Source of the DNA: Candidatus Eiseniibacteriota bacterium
GTDB lineage: Bacteria > Eisenbacteria > RBG-16-71-46 > CAVPCR01
Direction: 5' to 3'
DNA: 64,000 nt
Assembly: GCA_963702435.1 (NCBI GenBank)
Contig: CAVPCR010000002.1
Location: 576,001-640,000 of the forward strand
Shown: one piece after another, positions 19,355 to 27,804 of the stretch
How positions within the stretch are numbered: position 1 is the first letter of the stretch
Layout of the letters: each line of letters opens with the position of its first letter
The notes under the pieces: model-generated
Told to the model about the DNA's origin: nothing
What the model saw: the letters and a program-made list of their open reading frames with translations, nothing else
Databases searched by the model: none
Program-made: the position numbers and the translations under genes

Positions 19355-20509
19355 CTAGGCGGCGGCCGCCGCTGCGTTCAGGGTCCCCTTGTCGAACATC
19401 TGCTGCAGTTCCTTGGGATCGGCCGAGCGCTCGAGCGCCTGATCTTGCGAGATGTCGCGCCGCGTGACGGCGGCGTAGAGCGCCTGATTCATGGTCTGCA
19501 TCCCGTACTTCTGTCCGGCCTGCATCAGGCTGTAGACCTGATGGATCTTGCCCTCGCGGACCAGAGCGCGGATGGCCGGCGTACAGACCAGCACCTCAGC
19601 GCAGAGGACGCGCCCGCGGCCGCGCGCCCGCGGGAGCAGTTGCTGCGTGATGACGCCCTGCAGGACGAAGGCGAGCTGCGCCATCACCTGCTCCTGCTGG
19701 TCCGAGGGATAGAGATCGACCACGCGGTTGATCGCCTCGTACGTCGAGTTGGTGTGCAGGGTGGCGAAGACCAGGTGTCCGGTCTCGGCGACGGTGAGCG
19801 CCGCGGTGACCGTCTCGAGGTCGCGCATCTCGCCGATCAGGATGACGTCCGGATCCTGACGCAGGATGTACTTGAGCGCCTCGGCGAAACCCTCGGTGTC
19901 GGCGCCCACCTCGCGCTGGTTGACCAGGCACTTGCGGTGCATGTGCACGAACTCGATCGGGTCTTCGATGGTGATGATGTGGGCCTGGCGCTCCGCGTTG
20001 ATCGTGTCGATCATGGCGGCGAGACTGGTCGACTTGCCGCTGCCGGTCGGGCCGGTGACCAGCACGAGCCCCTTCGGCTTGCGGACGAACTCGTAGATCA
20101 CCTTGGGCAGGCCCAGATCGGCGAGCGGCGTGATCGTGTACGGGATCGTGCGCACGGCCATCGACACCACGCCGCGCTGCATGAAGACGTTGGCACGGAA
20201 GCGGCTGAGCCCCTTGATGCCGAAGGAGATGTCGAGCTCGCGGGTGTTCTCGAACCGCTTGCGCTGCTCCTCGGAGAGCACCGAGTAAGCGAGCCGCTGG
20301 GTGTCCGACGGATCGAGGGGCGCGTACTTGGTCTCGGGAAAGAGATCCCCGTCGATCCGGATCATCGGCGGCACTCCGGCCGTCAGATGCAGATCCGAGG
20401 CTCCCTTCCTGACCATGATATCGAGCAGGTCGCGGAGGCTCTGCGTCTGCGTCGCGTTCGCGGTGGCATTCGTCGCGGGCGCTGCTGGCGTCAGTGGTTT
20501 CTGCATCAT
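19355..20509 (-). CDS. pilT: Pilus retraction ATPase
   Basis: ASDLHL, GPTGSGKSTS, TIEDPIE, LRQDPDVILIGEMRD, AETGHLVFATLHTN, AIRALVRE, GMQTM. Confidence 0.96.
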   Translation of the reverse strand: MMQKPLTPAAPATNATANATQTQSLRDLLDIMVRKGASDLHLTAGVPPMIRIDGDLFPETKYAPLDPSDTQRLAYSVLSEEQRKRFENTRELDISFGIKGLSRFRANVFMQRGVVSMAVRTIPYTITPLADLGLPKVIYEFVRKPKGLVLVTGPTGSGKSTSLAAMIDTINAERQAHIITIEDPIEFVHMHRKCLVNQREVGADTEGFAEALKYILRQDPDVILIGEMRDLETVTAALTVAETGHLVFATLHTNSTYEAINRVVDLYPSDQQEQVMAQLAFVLQGVITQQLLPRARGRGRVLCAEVLVCTPAIRALVREGKIHQVYSLMQAGQKYGMQTMNQALYAAVTRRDISQDQALERSADPKELQQMFDKGTLNAAAAAA

Positions 20510-20644
20510 GGTTGGTGTTTGGTTCCTGGAGGAGCCTGCACCGCACGAGCCGGCGCGATTCCGGGGCGCTGCCCTTCGGTCTGTCCAGTTCCGAGGCAGA
20601 CGGCGCCCCTCCCGCGGAGAGTCCCCGCGAGAGCACGAGGATCG

Positions 20645-20660
20645 GGCAAGATCCGTGCCC
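20645..20660 (-). promoter_or_regulatory. Sigma-54 -24/-12 promoter upstream of pilT
   Basis: Minus strand GGGCAC-GGATC-TTGCC; a 20-bp stretch here is identical to the site upstream of pilB. Confidence 0.78.
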
Positions 20661-20925
20661 CGCGGCTCGACGGCCGGGGATCCTGCGACCTCCGGCCAAG
20701 CTCAGCGGGCAACGATGTAGGGACGGCGCCCGCGATCCGTCCGCGGCCGCGGCGCGGGCGCGGGCGTCGTGCATCGTGCACGCCCCGACACCGCGAGCGG
20801 CGAGACTCCGGACGGACCAGGCCGGGAGCTCGTGGCCCCCGCGCGGCACCGGCCCATATCAAGGATTCGGCGGGTGGAGGCCGGGGCTTGAGCCGGAGGA
20901 GGACACCCGCGAGCGGGGGCGGGTC

Positions 20926-21075
20926 GGGCGCGGGCGCGGCGAGACAGGCGAAGGCCGCCGCGGGGGACGGGCGCGGGCGCCGGCGAGACAGGCGAAGGCC
21001 GCCGCGGGGGACGGGCGCGGGCGCCGGCGAGACAGGCGAAGGCCGCCGCGGGGGACGGGCGCGGGCGCCGGCGAG
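20926..21075. repeat. 44-bp tandem repeat, three full copies plus partials
   Basis: GGCGAGACAGGCGAAGGCCGCCGCGGGGGACGGGCGCGGGCGCC starting at 20938, 20982 and 21026. Confidence 0.92.
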
Positions 21076-21186
21076 GGGCCAGCACGCACACGTCCCGACC
21101 CGGATCGCGTAAGCTCCGCGGCCGAGCTCCCGCGCCGGGGCCCGCGCTCCGGTCCGATCGCCCAGGCAGGACGGAGGAGGGTGCCC

Positions 21187-22608
21187 ATGCCCCGCTCTCG
21201 CCGGATCCCCGATGCCGTGCGCGCCGAGATCGCCGCGGCCGGACATGCCGAGGTCGTCTGCGTGCTGCGCCGCCGGGCGGGCGCCGGGCAACGGGACGCC
21301 CAATCGGGGGTCGCCCGCTCCTTCCTGGCGGCCACGCCGGCGGGATCGTGCGGACCGGCGGTCCGCAGTTTTCCGCGCCTCGGCGTCATGATTGGATTCA
21401 CCGACGCGGCGGGTGCCGCCGCCCTGGCCGCCGATCCCGCGGTCGAGATGGTGGCGCCGGCCGCCGCCCCAAGCCTGATCCGTCCGGTCCGCCGCGCGCC
21501 GGCGCGAGGCGCGACGAGCGCGCAGCCGGCCTGGGGACTCACCGCGATCGAGGCGCCCCGGTTGTGGCGGGAAGGAGTGACCGGGACCGGCATCCGCATC
21601 GGGCATCTCGACACCGGAGTGGATGCAGACCATGCGGCGCTCCGGGGCCGCGTGGCGGCGTGGGCCGAGTTCGACGCGGACGGGAAGCGCGTGACCGGAA
21701 GCGTGCCGCGCGATCCCGACGGACACGGCACGCACACGGCCGGCACGCTGTGCGGCGCCGCGGGCCGCGCCAAGACGGGCGGCGGCAAGGCGGGCGGCGG
21801 CCCGATCGGCATGGCGCCGGCCGCCGAGATCTGCTCGGCCATGGTCATCGAGGGCGGTCGCGTGCTCCTCCGCATCCTCGCCGGGATGGAGTGGGTGATC
21901 GGCGAGGGCGCGCGCGTGCTCTCGATGTCGCTCGGCATCCGCGGTTACACCCCCTTCGCGGTCGAGCTCATGGTCCGCCTGCGCGAGGCCGGCGTGCTGC
22001 CGGTCATCGCGATCGGGAACGAGGGCCCGGGCACCAGTCGTTCGCCCGGGAACTACCCGGAAGCTCTGTCGGTGGGCGCCGTCGATCGGCGCAGGCGGGT
22101 CGCCGACTTCTCGTCGAGCATGCGCTTCGAGCGCGCGATCGAGCCGTCCGCTCCCGACATCGTGGCGCCCGGGGTCGAGATCGTGTCGGCGCGCGCGGGC
22201 GGCGGGCGCGAGGTGATGGACGGTACCTCAATGGCCACGCCACACGTGGCCGGGCTGGCGGCGCTCCTCTTCTCGGCGCGACCGGAAGCGACGGTCGAGG
22301 ACGTGGAGGCGGCGATCTTCGCGAGCGCGCACCCGCTGGACGGGGAAGCGGATGCGATCCGTTACGGGCGCGGACTCGTGAACGGCCCGGCGGCGCTGGC
22401 GGCGCTCATGGGGACGACGACGACGCGCGCAGGGCGCTCGCTCGCGGCCCGGGCGCGAGGGGCGACGCTCGCCGATCGTGCGCGAGGGGCGACGCTCGCC
22501 GATCGTGCGCGACGGGCGACGCTCGCATCCGGAGCGCGAACCAAGCGCTCGGGCGTCGCACCGGCCGTAGGCAGAGCCCGCCCCGGCCGGCGGCCTAGGG
22601 CGACATGA
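21187..22608 (+). CDS. S8 subtilisin-like serine protease with N-terminal propeptide and no obvious signal peptide
   Basis: Catalytic triad HLDTG, HGTHTAG, GTSMATPHVAG; oxyanion AIGNEG; GGAGGAGG RBS before 21181/21187; C-terminal 27-bp repeats (RARGATLAD). Confidence 0.92.
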   Translation: MPRSRRIPDAVRAEIAAAGHAEVVCVLRRRAGAGQRDAQSGVARSFLAATPAGSCGPAVRSFPRLGVMIGFTDAAGAAALAADPAVEMVAPAAAPSLIRPVRRAPARGATSAQPAWGLTAIEAPRLWREGVTGTGIRIGHLDTGVDADHAALRGRVAAWAEFDADGKRVTGSVPRDPDGHGTHTAGTLCGAAGRAKTGGGKAGGGPIGMAPAAEICSAMVIEGGRVLLRILAGMEWVIGEGARVLSMSLGIRGYTPFAVELMVRLREAGVLPVIAIGNEGPGTSRSPGNYPEALSVGAVDRRRRVADFSSSMRFERAIEPSAPDIVAPGVEIVSARAGGGREVMDGTSMATPHVAGLAALLFSARPEATVEDVEAAIFASAHPLDGEADAIRYGRGLVNGPAALAALMGTTTTRAGRSLAARARGATLADRARGATLADRARRATLASGARTKRSGVAPAVGRARPGRRPRAT

Positions 22609-23224
22609 AGTGCCGCTGGAAGAAGCTCAGGTCGGAAAGCGCGATGATGCCGTCGCAGTCGAAGTCGGCCTGCCAGTCGTGCACGTCGAGCCCCTGCCCC
22701 GGCGCGGTGAACTCCTGCTGAAAGATCCCGAGATCCGCGAGGGCCACGCTGTCGTCTCCATTCACGTCCGGCGAGCGGACGCCGCCATCCCATTCCGGAG
22801 CCGGTAGCCCCTGGTGTCCCGGGATGACATGAAAGACGACATTCTGCACACGCACCGAAACGGCGCACGGATCGGCGCCGCCGAAAGTCAGCATGTACTC
22901 CCAGTGGATGTTGCCGTTGGCGTCGCTCGGTTCATCGGCCTCGATGCGGTCGGATGGCCGCGTGCTCGGGTTCAAGCAGTTGCTGAAGTCGAGCCATACG
23001 GCTGAAGCGGGGAAGTTGGCCACGGGCACCCCGTTCGAGTCACGGAGGGTGCCTTCGTAGCGATAGCGGAATCCCTCCGGGGCGGTCGAGTTCCGGGGGC
23101 TCACCCCCAGGCAATCGCCGAAGGTGCTCTGGCCGGAGCTGGGCACGGTGCCCCGGACCGGGGTCGCGGCGAGGAGGGCGAGGAAGACGGTCGCCACGAG
23201 GAGCGGCAAGCGGGGTCGAGTCAT
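22595..23224 (-). CDS. Secreted protein with C-terminal dockerin/EF-hand-like pair
   Basis: GGAGGT RBS, signal peptide, DVNGDDSVALADL and DFDCDGIIALSDL repeats. Confidence 0.75.
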   Translation of the reverse strand: MTRPRLPLLVATVFLALLAATPVRGTVPSSGQSTFGDCLGVSPRNSTAPEGFRYRYEGTLRDSNGVPVANFPASAVWLDFSNCLNPSTRPSDRIEADEPSDANGNIHWEYMLTFGGADPCAVSVRVQNVVFHVIPGHQGLPAPEWDGGVRSPDVNGDDSVALADLGIFQQEFTAPGQGLDVHDWQADFDCDGIIALSDLSFFQRHFMSP

Positions 23225-23350
23225 GACCCACCTCCCTGTTCGCGCGGGCGGGCGCTGGACACGACGGCGGAGTGGAATGCCGAGCCGCACCCTTCCCGCT
23301 GGTGCGTTCATTGTAGCACCGGGCCGGCGAGAACGATCGGGGGATAGGGC

Positions 23351-23570
23351 GGCGAGACACGCCCATCGGCCGGCGATAGTCCCGGCCGGCGAGACACGCC
23401 CATCGGCCGGCGATGGTCCCGGCCGGCGAGACGCGCCCCTCCGCTGGCGATGGTCCCGGGCCGGCGAGGCACGCCCCTCCGCTGGCGATGGTCCCGGGCC
23501 GGCGAGACACGCCCCTCCGCCGGCGATGGTCCCGGGCCGGCGAGGCACGCCCCTCCGCCTGGCGAGGCAG
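23351..23570. repeat. 37-38 bp degenerate tandem repeat, about six copies
   Basis: GGCGAG(A/G)CACGCCC(A/C)TC...GGCGAT(A/G)GTCCCGG(G)CC starting at 23351, 23388, 23425, 23463, 23501 and 23539. Confidence 0.9.
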
Positions 23571-23680
23571 GCTGCGCCCGGTCCGGCCCGCGAACGGGCG
23601 TCGCGCCCGTACGCGGCGACGAGGCTCGATTGAGGGCAAGGCACTTCCCGCCGGGCAACCCGCCCCGTATTCTACCGCGG

Positions 23681-26197
23681 ATGAAACTGCCCAGACCGCG
23701 TCCTCGCCCGCAGTCCACTCCCGAAGCGCAGCGCAGGGGGCACCCGGCCCCCGCCCGGGCCTCGCGCGCGGAACTCCTCGGCCTCGCTCTCATCGCCGCT
23801 GCCGTGATCGCGAGCGAGATCCTCCTCACGCGCATCTTCTCGTTCATCACCTGGCACCACTACACACCGCTCATCATCGGCATCGCCCTCCTCGGTTTCG
23901 GATTCGCGGGCTCGTACCTGAGCACGCGACCGGCCGCGGCCAGCGTCGAGCGGACGGTCTTTCTCAAGCGTCTCGAGCGTGAGGCGCTCGCCTTCGCCTT
24001 CGCGCTTCCGCTCGCGCTCGTCCTCTGCGGACTCGTGCGTTTCAATCCGAGCCGCATTTTCGCTGACTGGATGCCGCTCCTCTCACTCCTTCTCTATCTG
24101 ATCCTGGTCGCGGTGCCGTTCGCCCTCGCCGGCCTCATCATCTGCCGTCTCCTCGATCGCTACCGCGCCGAGGCGGGGCGCGTCTACGGCGCCGACCTCG
24201 CCGCGTCCGCCGGCGGCGTGTTGCTCGCTCTCGCCCTTCTCGGCGCTGCGGGCGCCGAGGCGGCCGTCCTCGGCTCCGCCCTCCTGGCCGCCGGCGCCGC
24301 CGTCCTCTTCGGCCGCGCGCGCGGGGGGGTAGGCCGCGGCGCGCTCCTCGCATTCGCCGGACTCGCTCTGTTGTTCGTACTGGCGGTCGTCACCCAGCCG
24401 CGTTTCTTCTTTCGTCCGCCTCCGTCGAAGGAGATGGCGGTATTCCTCACCGACCCGGCGCTCAGGCCGGTCGGCTTCAGCGTTAGCCGCTGGAATCCGA
24501 TTGCGCGGATCGATGTCACCGGCGACATGACCGGACCGGCCCCCGACTTCGGGGGTGAGCTCTCATCCCGCGTCCGCGCCGAAGCGGCACCTGAGCACTT
24601 TCGCTATCTGTTCCAGGACGGCACCGCGCCCAGCGCTTTCCTGAGAATGCAGCCGCCGTATGCGGACGTCGCCATCCTCCGCGGCTATCTGCAGTCAGCA
24701 GCGTACAAGATCAGGCCGGAGCCCCGCGCCCTCGTCATCGGCCTCGGCGGCGGGATCGACCTCGCGATCGCGCTCGCGCATGGCGCGCGGTCGGTGACCG
24801 GGGTCGAGGTGAACCCGGTCACCCTCGGTCTCCTCCGCCGTGATCTGGCCGACTACACGGGCGGCCTCGCCACGGATCCCCGTGTCACGCTCGTGCACGG
24901 CGAGGGTCGCGCCTACGCGCGCTCGGCACGCACGGTCTACGACGTGATCCAGCTATCCGGGGCCGACACGTTCGCCGCTCTCGTCAGCGGCTCCGGCTCG
25001 CTCACCGAGGGCTATCTGTACACAGTCGAGGCGGTCTCCGACTTCCTCGCCCGGCTCGCGCCGGGCGGCATCCTCTCCTACTCGCGGCCGTACTTCGTGC
25101 CGCCGAGAGAGACGTTGAAGCTCGTGGCCACCGCGGAGCGCGCGCTCCGTGCCCGCGGAGTCAAGGATCCGGGCGAGCACATCCTCGTCATCGCCGGCGA
25201 GAAGTGGGCGGAGACGCTCATCTCGCCAAGTCCATTCAGCGCCGATGACGCGTCGACCATCGAAGCGTTTGCCCGCGAGGAGGGCTTCCGTCTCCTTGCA
25301 TCACCGTCCGCCGAGCTGAACACGCCCTGGGACCGTTACCTGGGCCTCGACGAAGGCGCGGCGCAGACATTGCGCCGGAACTACTTCTTCAACGTCGAGC
25401 CGGCGACCGACGACAAGCCGTTCTTCTACAACTATGCGCGTTGGGCGACCGTGCTCACGAACCGGCGCCTGCCGGTGAACATCGGCATCGAGGGTTACTA
25501 CACGGTCGAGTCGCCGCTCGGGCCGCTTCCGATCGGGAACCTGATGCTCGCCGCTTCGCTCCTCCTCTCGGCGCTCCTGGCAACCGCGCTCATCATCTAT
25601 CCGCTCCGCTCGCGCGCAACCGCGCTCGCCGCAAACCCGGCCCTTGCTTTCCGCGTCCTGGCCTACTTCGCGGCGCTCGGACTCGCGTTCATCACGATCG
25701 AGATCACGCTGATCCAGCAGTTCCAGCTCGCGCTCGGCGGTCCGACGATCGCTCTCGCCACGGTGCTCTTCGCGCTTCTCGGCGCAGCAGGACTCGGCAG
25801 CGTCCTCGCCGAGCGCCTCGCTCCGCGGACGCTTCGCATCCTCCTTCCTGTGCTCGTGGTGGTCCTCGCCGGAGCGCTCGTCCTCGCGCCGCACCTCGCC
25901 GGGGCGATGGCCATGGCGCCGCTGCCGGTGCGCATCGCCGGCGCCGGGATCGTGACGGCGATCCTCGGCGTGCTCATGGGGATGCCATTCCCCATGGGCA
26001 TTCGGCTGGTCGGCGCGCGCGGCGCCTCGCTCGTGCCCTGGGCGTGGGCTGCGAACGGGCTCTTCTCTGTAATCGGCTCGGCGGCGAGCCTGTTCGCCGC
26101 GATGTTCTTGGGCTTCACCGCGGTAACCGCCGCGGCGATCGTGATCTACCTCCTTGGTTACCTGGCGCTCCGGCCGGAGATGGGGCGAGTCGAGTAG
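23681..26197 (+). CDS. Polytopic membrane protein with central SAM-dependent (spermidine-synthase-like) domain
   Basis: N- and C-terminal TM bundles, ALVIGLGGGID, VEVNP, EGR, YDVIQL, YLYTVEA, PATDDKPFF, WAWAANG. Confidence 0.85.
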   Translation: MKLPRPRPRPQSTPEAQRRGHPAPARASRAELLGLALIAAAVIASEILLTRIFSFITWHHYTPLIIGIALLGFGFAGSYLSTRPAAASVERTVFLKRLEREALAFAFALPLALVLCGLVRFNPSRIFADWMPLLSLLLYLILVAVPFALAGLIICRLLDRYRAEAGRVYGADLAASAGGVLLALALLGAAGAEAAVLGSALLAAGAAVLFGRARGGVGRGALLAFAGLALLFVLAVVTQPRFFFRPPPSKEMAVFLTDPALRPVGFSVSRWNPIARIDVTGDMTGPAPDFGGELSSRVRAEAAPEHFRYLFQDGTAPSAFLRMQPPYADVAILRGYLQSAAYKIRPEPRALVIGLGGGIDLAIALAHGARSVTGVEVNPVTLGLLRRDLADYTGGLATDPRVTLVHGEGRAYARSARTVYDVIQLSGADTFAALVSGSGSLTEGYLYTVEAVSDFLARLAPGGILSYSRPYFVPPRETLKLVATAERALRARGVKDPGEHILVIAGEKWAETLISPSPFSADDASTIEAFAREEGFRLLASPSAELNTPWDRYLGLDEGAAQTLRRNYFFNVEPATDDKPFFYNYARWATVLTNRRLPVNIGIEGYYTVESPLGPLPIGNLMLAASLLLSALLATALIIYPLRSRATALAANPALAFRVLAYFAALGLAFITIEITLIQQFQLALGGPTIALATVLFALLGAAGLGSVLAERLAPRTLRILLPVLVVVLAGALVLAPHLAGAMAMAPLPVRIAGAGIVTAILGVLMGMPFPMGIRLVGARGASLVPWAWAANGLFSVIGSAASLFAAMFLGFTAVTAAAIVIYLLGYLALRPEMGRVE

Positions 26198-26626
26198 TCG
26201 GGTGGTCGGCTTCCCCCGCGGCAAACGCTGTCGGGTCTTGTGAACTCCTCGCCCCGGCTCGCCGCGCCACCCCGCGGCAAACGCTGTCAGCCTTCCCGCG
26301 ACCGCGTCCCCTGCCGCTTCATTCATATCGATCCCGGCAAGCTGTGGGATCGCCAGGATCGACCGTCCTTCGACTCCATAGAATAGAAAGCACATATCGT
26401 GCCGCGCAGTTGTCAAAGCCGGCGCCTGCGCAGAGAGCCTGTGCAAGCACTTCCCGTGACTCGGCCGCTGAGCCCCTGACAACACCGTTGTCGAAACCGC
26501 CAACGCAGGTGGCACCCCACACCGCGTCGGCCCGGGCATCGAGGCTTGATGGCACGCGGCGCGCTGTGCTAACGACATGGCCATGGAGAAGGAGAACGTC
26601 CCGTGACCCATCGCCGGATCAAACAG

Positions 26627-26797
26627 CCGGCCCACCCCGCGAACCCGGCCCGCCCCGCGAACCCGGCCTGCCCCGCGAACCCGGCCTGCCCCGCGAACCC
26701 GGCCTGCCCCGCGGACCAGGCCCACCCCGGGAACCTGGCCTACCCCGCGAACCCGGCCTGCCCCGGGAACCCGGCCCACCCCGCGAACCCGGCCCGC
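26627..26797. repeat. 18-bp tandem repeat, about 9.5 copies
   Basis: CCGGCC(T/C)(G/A)CCCCGCGAAC units. Confidence 0.9.
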
Positions 26798-26799
26798 CG

Positions 26800-27804
26800 G
26801 TGACGGACCGAGCTGCGCCTGCGCCCGCGCCCGGGCCCGCCGCGCCCACACCAGCCGCGCCTGCGTCCGCGCCCGCTGCACCAGTGACCGGCGTCCTTCG
26901 CGCCATCCTGCTGACAATCGGCGCGCTTCTCGCGTTCGCCGCGAACTCGGTGCTCTGCCGGTTCGCCCTCGGCACAGCGGCCATCGATCCCGCGGCGTTC
27001 ACGGCGATCCGCCTCGTCTCCGGGGCCGCCGCCCTGTGGCTCACGACCGCACTCCTTCGCCGCGCGCCGCCGGTCGTGCGATCGGGGAGCTGGTTCTCGG
27101 CGACCATGCTCTTCGCCTATGCCGCCGCCTTCTCGTTCGCCTACGTCGACCTCACCGCAGGAATCGGCGCGCTCCTCCTCTTCGGCTCTGTGCAGGCGAC
27201 GATGATCTTCGCCGGCCTCCGCACCGGCGAGCGCCCCCACATCCTCGCGTGGATCGGAATCGCCGTCGCGCTCGGCGGACTCCTCGTCCTCGTCTTGCCC
27301 GGAACACATGCCCCGTCGCTCGTAGGCTCGCTGCTCATGGCGGGCGCCGGCGTCGCCTGGGGGATCTACTCGCTTCGGGGGCGCACGAGCCCCGCGGCCG
27401 GCGCCCGGACCGATCCGATCGCGGCGACCGCCGGTCACTTCGTGCGCGCGGTCCCCTTCGTGCTCGCGCTCGCGCTCATCCGGGCCTCTGCGCTCCATGC
27501 GGCGCCGCGCGGCGTGCTCCTGGCCGTCATCTCCGGCGCGGTCACGTCGGGACTCGGCTACGTGATCTGGTACGCCGCCCTTCCCACCATGACGGCCACC
27601 AGGGCCGCTGCCGTGCAGCTCACGGTCCCGATCCTCGCCGCCTTCGGCGGTGTCCTCTTCCTCGCCGAGACGCCGACGCTCCGGCTCTTCGCCGCCGCGA
27701 TCCTCACTCTCGGTGGGGTGGCGCTCACGGCCATCGCGCGCGGCCGCGTCATCCGCTCGGCCGTCGAGAGCACGACCGCGGGCGGCGAGCACACCGCGCG
27801 GTAG
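26800..27804 (+). CDS. EamA/DMT family transporter
   Basis: AFAANSVLCR, FTAIRLVSGA, GALLLFGSVQATM, AWGIYSLRG, SGLGYVIWY; start uncertain (26800 or 26884). Confidence 0.88.
   Translation: MTDRAAPAPAPGPAAPTPAAPASAPAAPVTGVLRAILLTIGALLAFAANSVLCRFALGTAAIDPAAFTAIRLVSGAAALWLTTALLRRAPPVVRSGSWFSATMLFAYAAAFSFAYVDLTAGIGALLLFGSVQATMIFAGLRTGERPHILAWIGIAVALGGLLVLVLPGTHAPSLVGSLLMAGAGVAWGIYSLRGRTSPAAGARTDPIAATAGHFVRAVPFVLALALIRASALHAAPRGVLLAVISGAVTSGLGYVIWYAALPTMTATRAAAVQLTVPILAAFGGVLFLAETPTLRLFAAAILTLGGVALTAIARGRVIRSAVESTTAGGEHTAR

Noticed and set aside
20717..20742. GTAG-type REP element (GTAG-GGACGG-N10-CCGTCC)
   Set aside because: Single copy in the window and no RAYT transposase seen
20926..23570. CRISPR interpretation of the 44-bp and 37-38-bp arrays
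   Set aside because: The units are head-to-tail without unique spacers, and no cas genes are present
26214..26288. Mini-CRISPR or c-di-GMP-I riboswitch at the 19-bp direct repeat (GGCAAAC)
   Set aside because: Only two short copies, and the downstream GAAA/GACGCAAA riboswitch elements are absent
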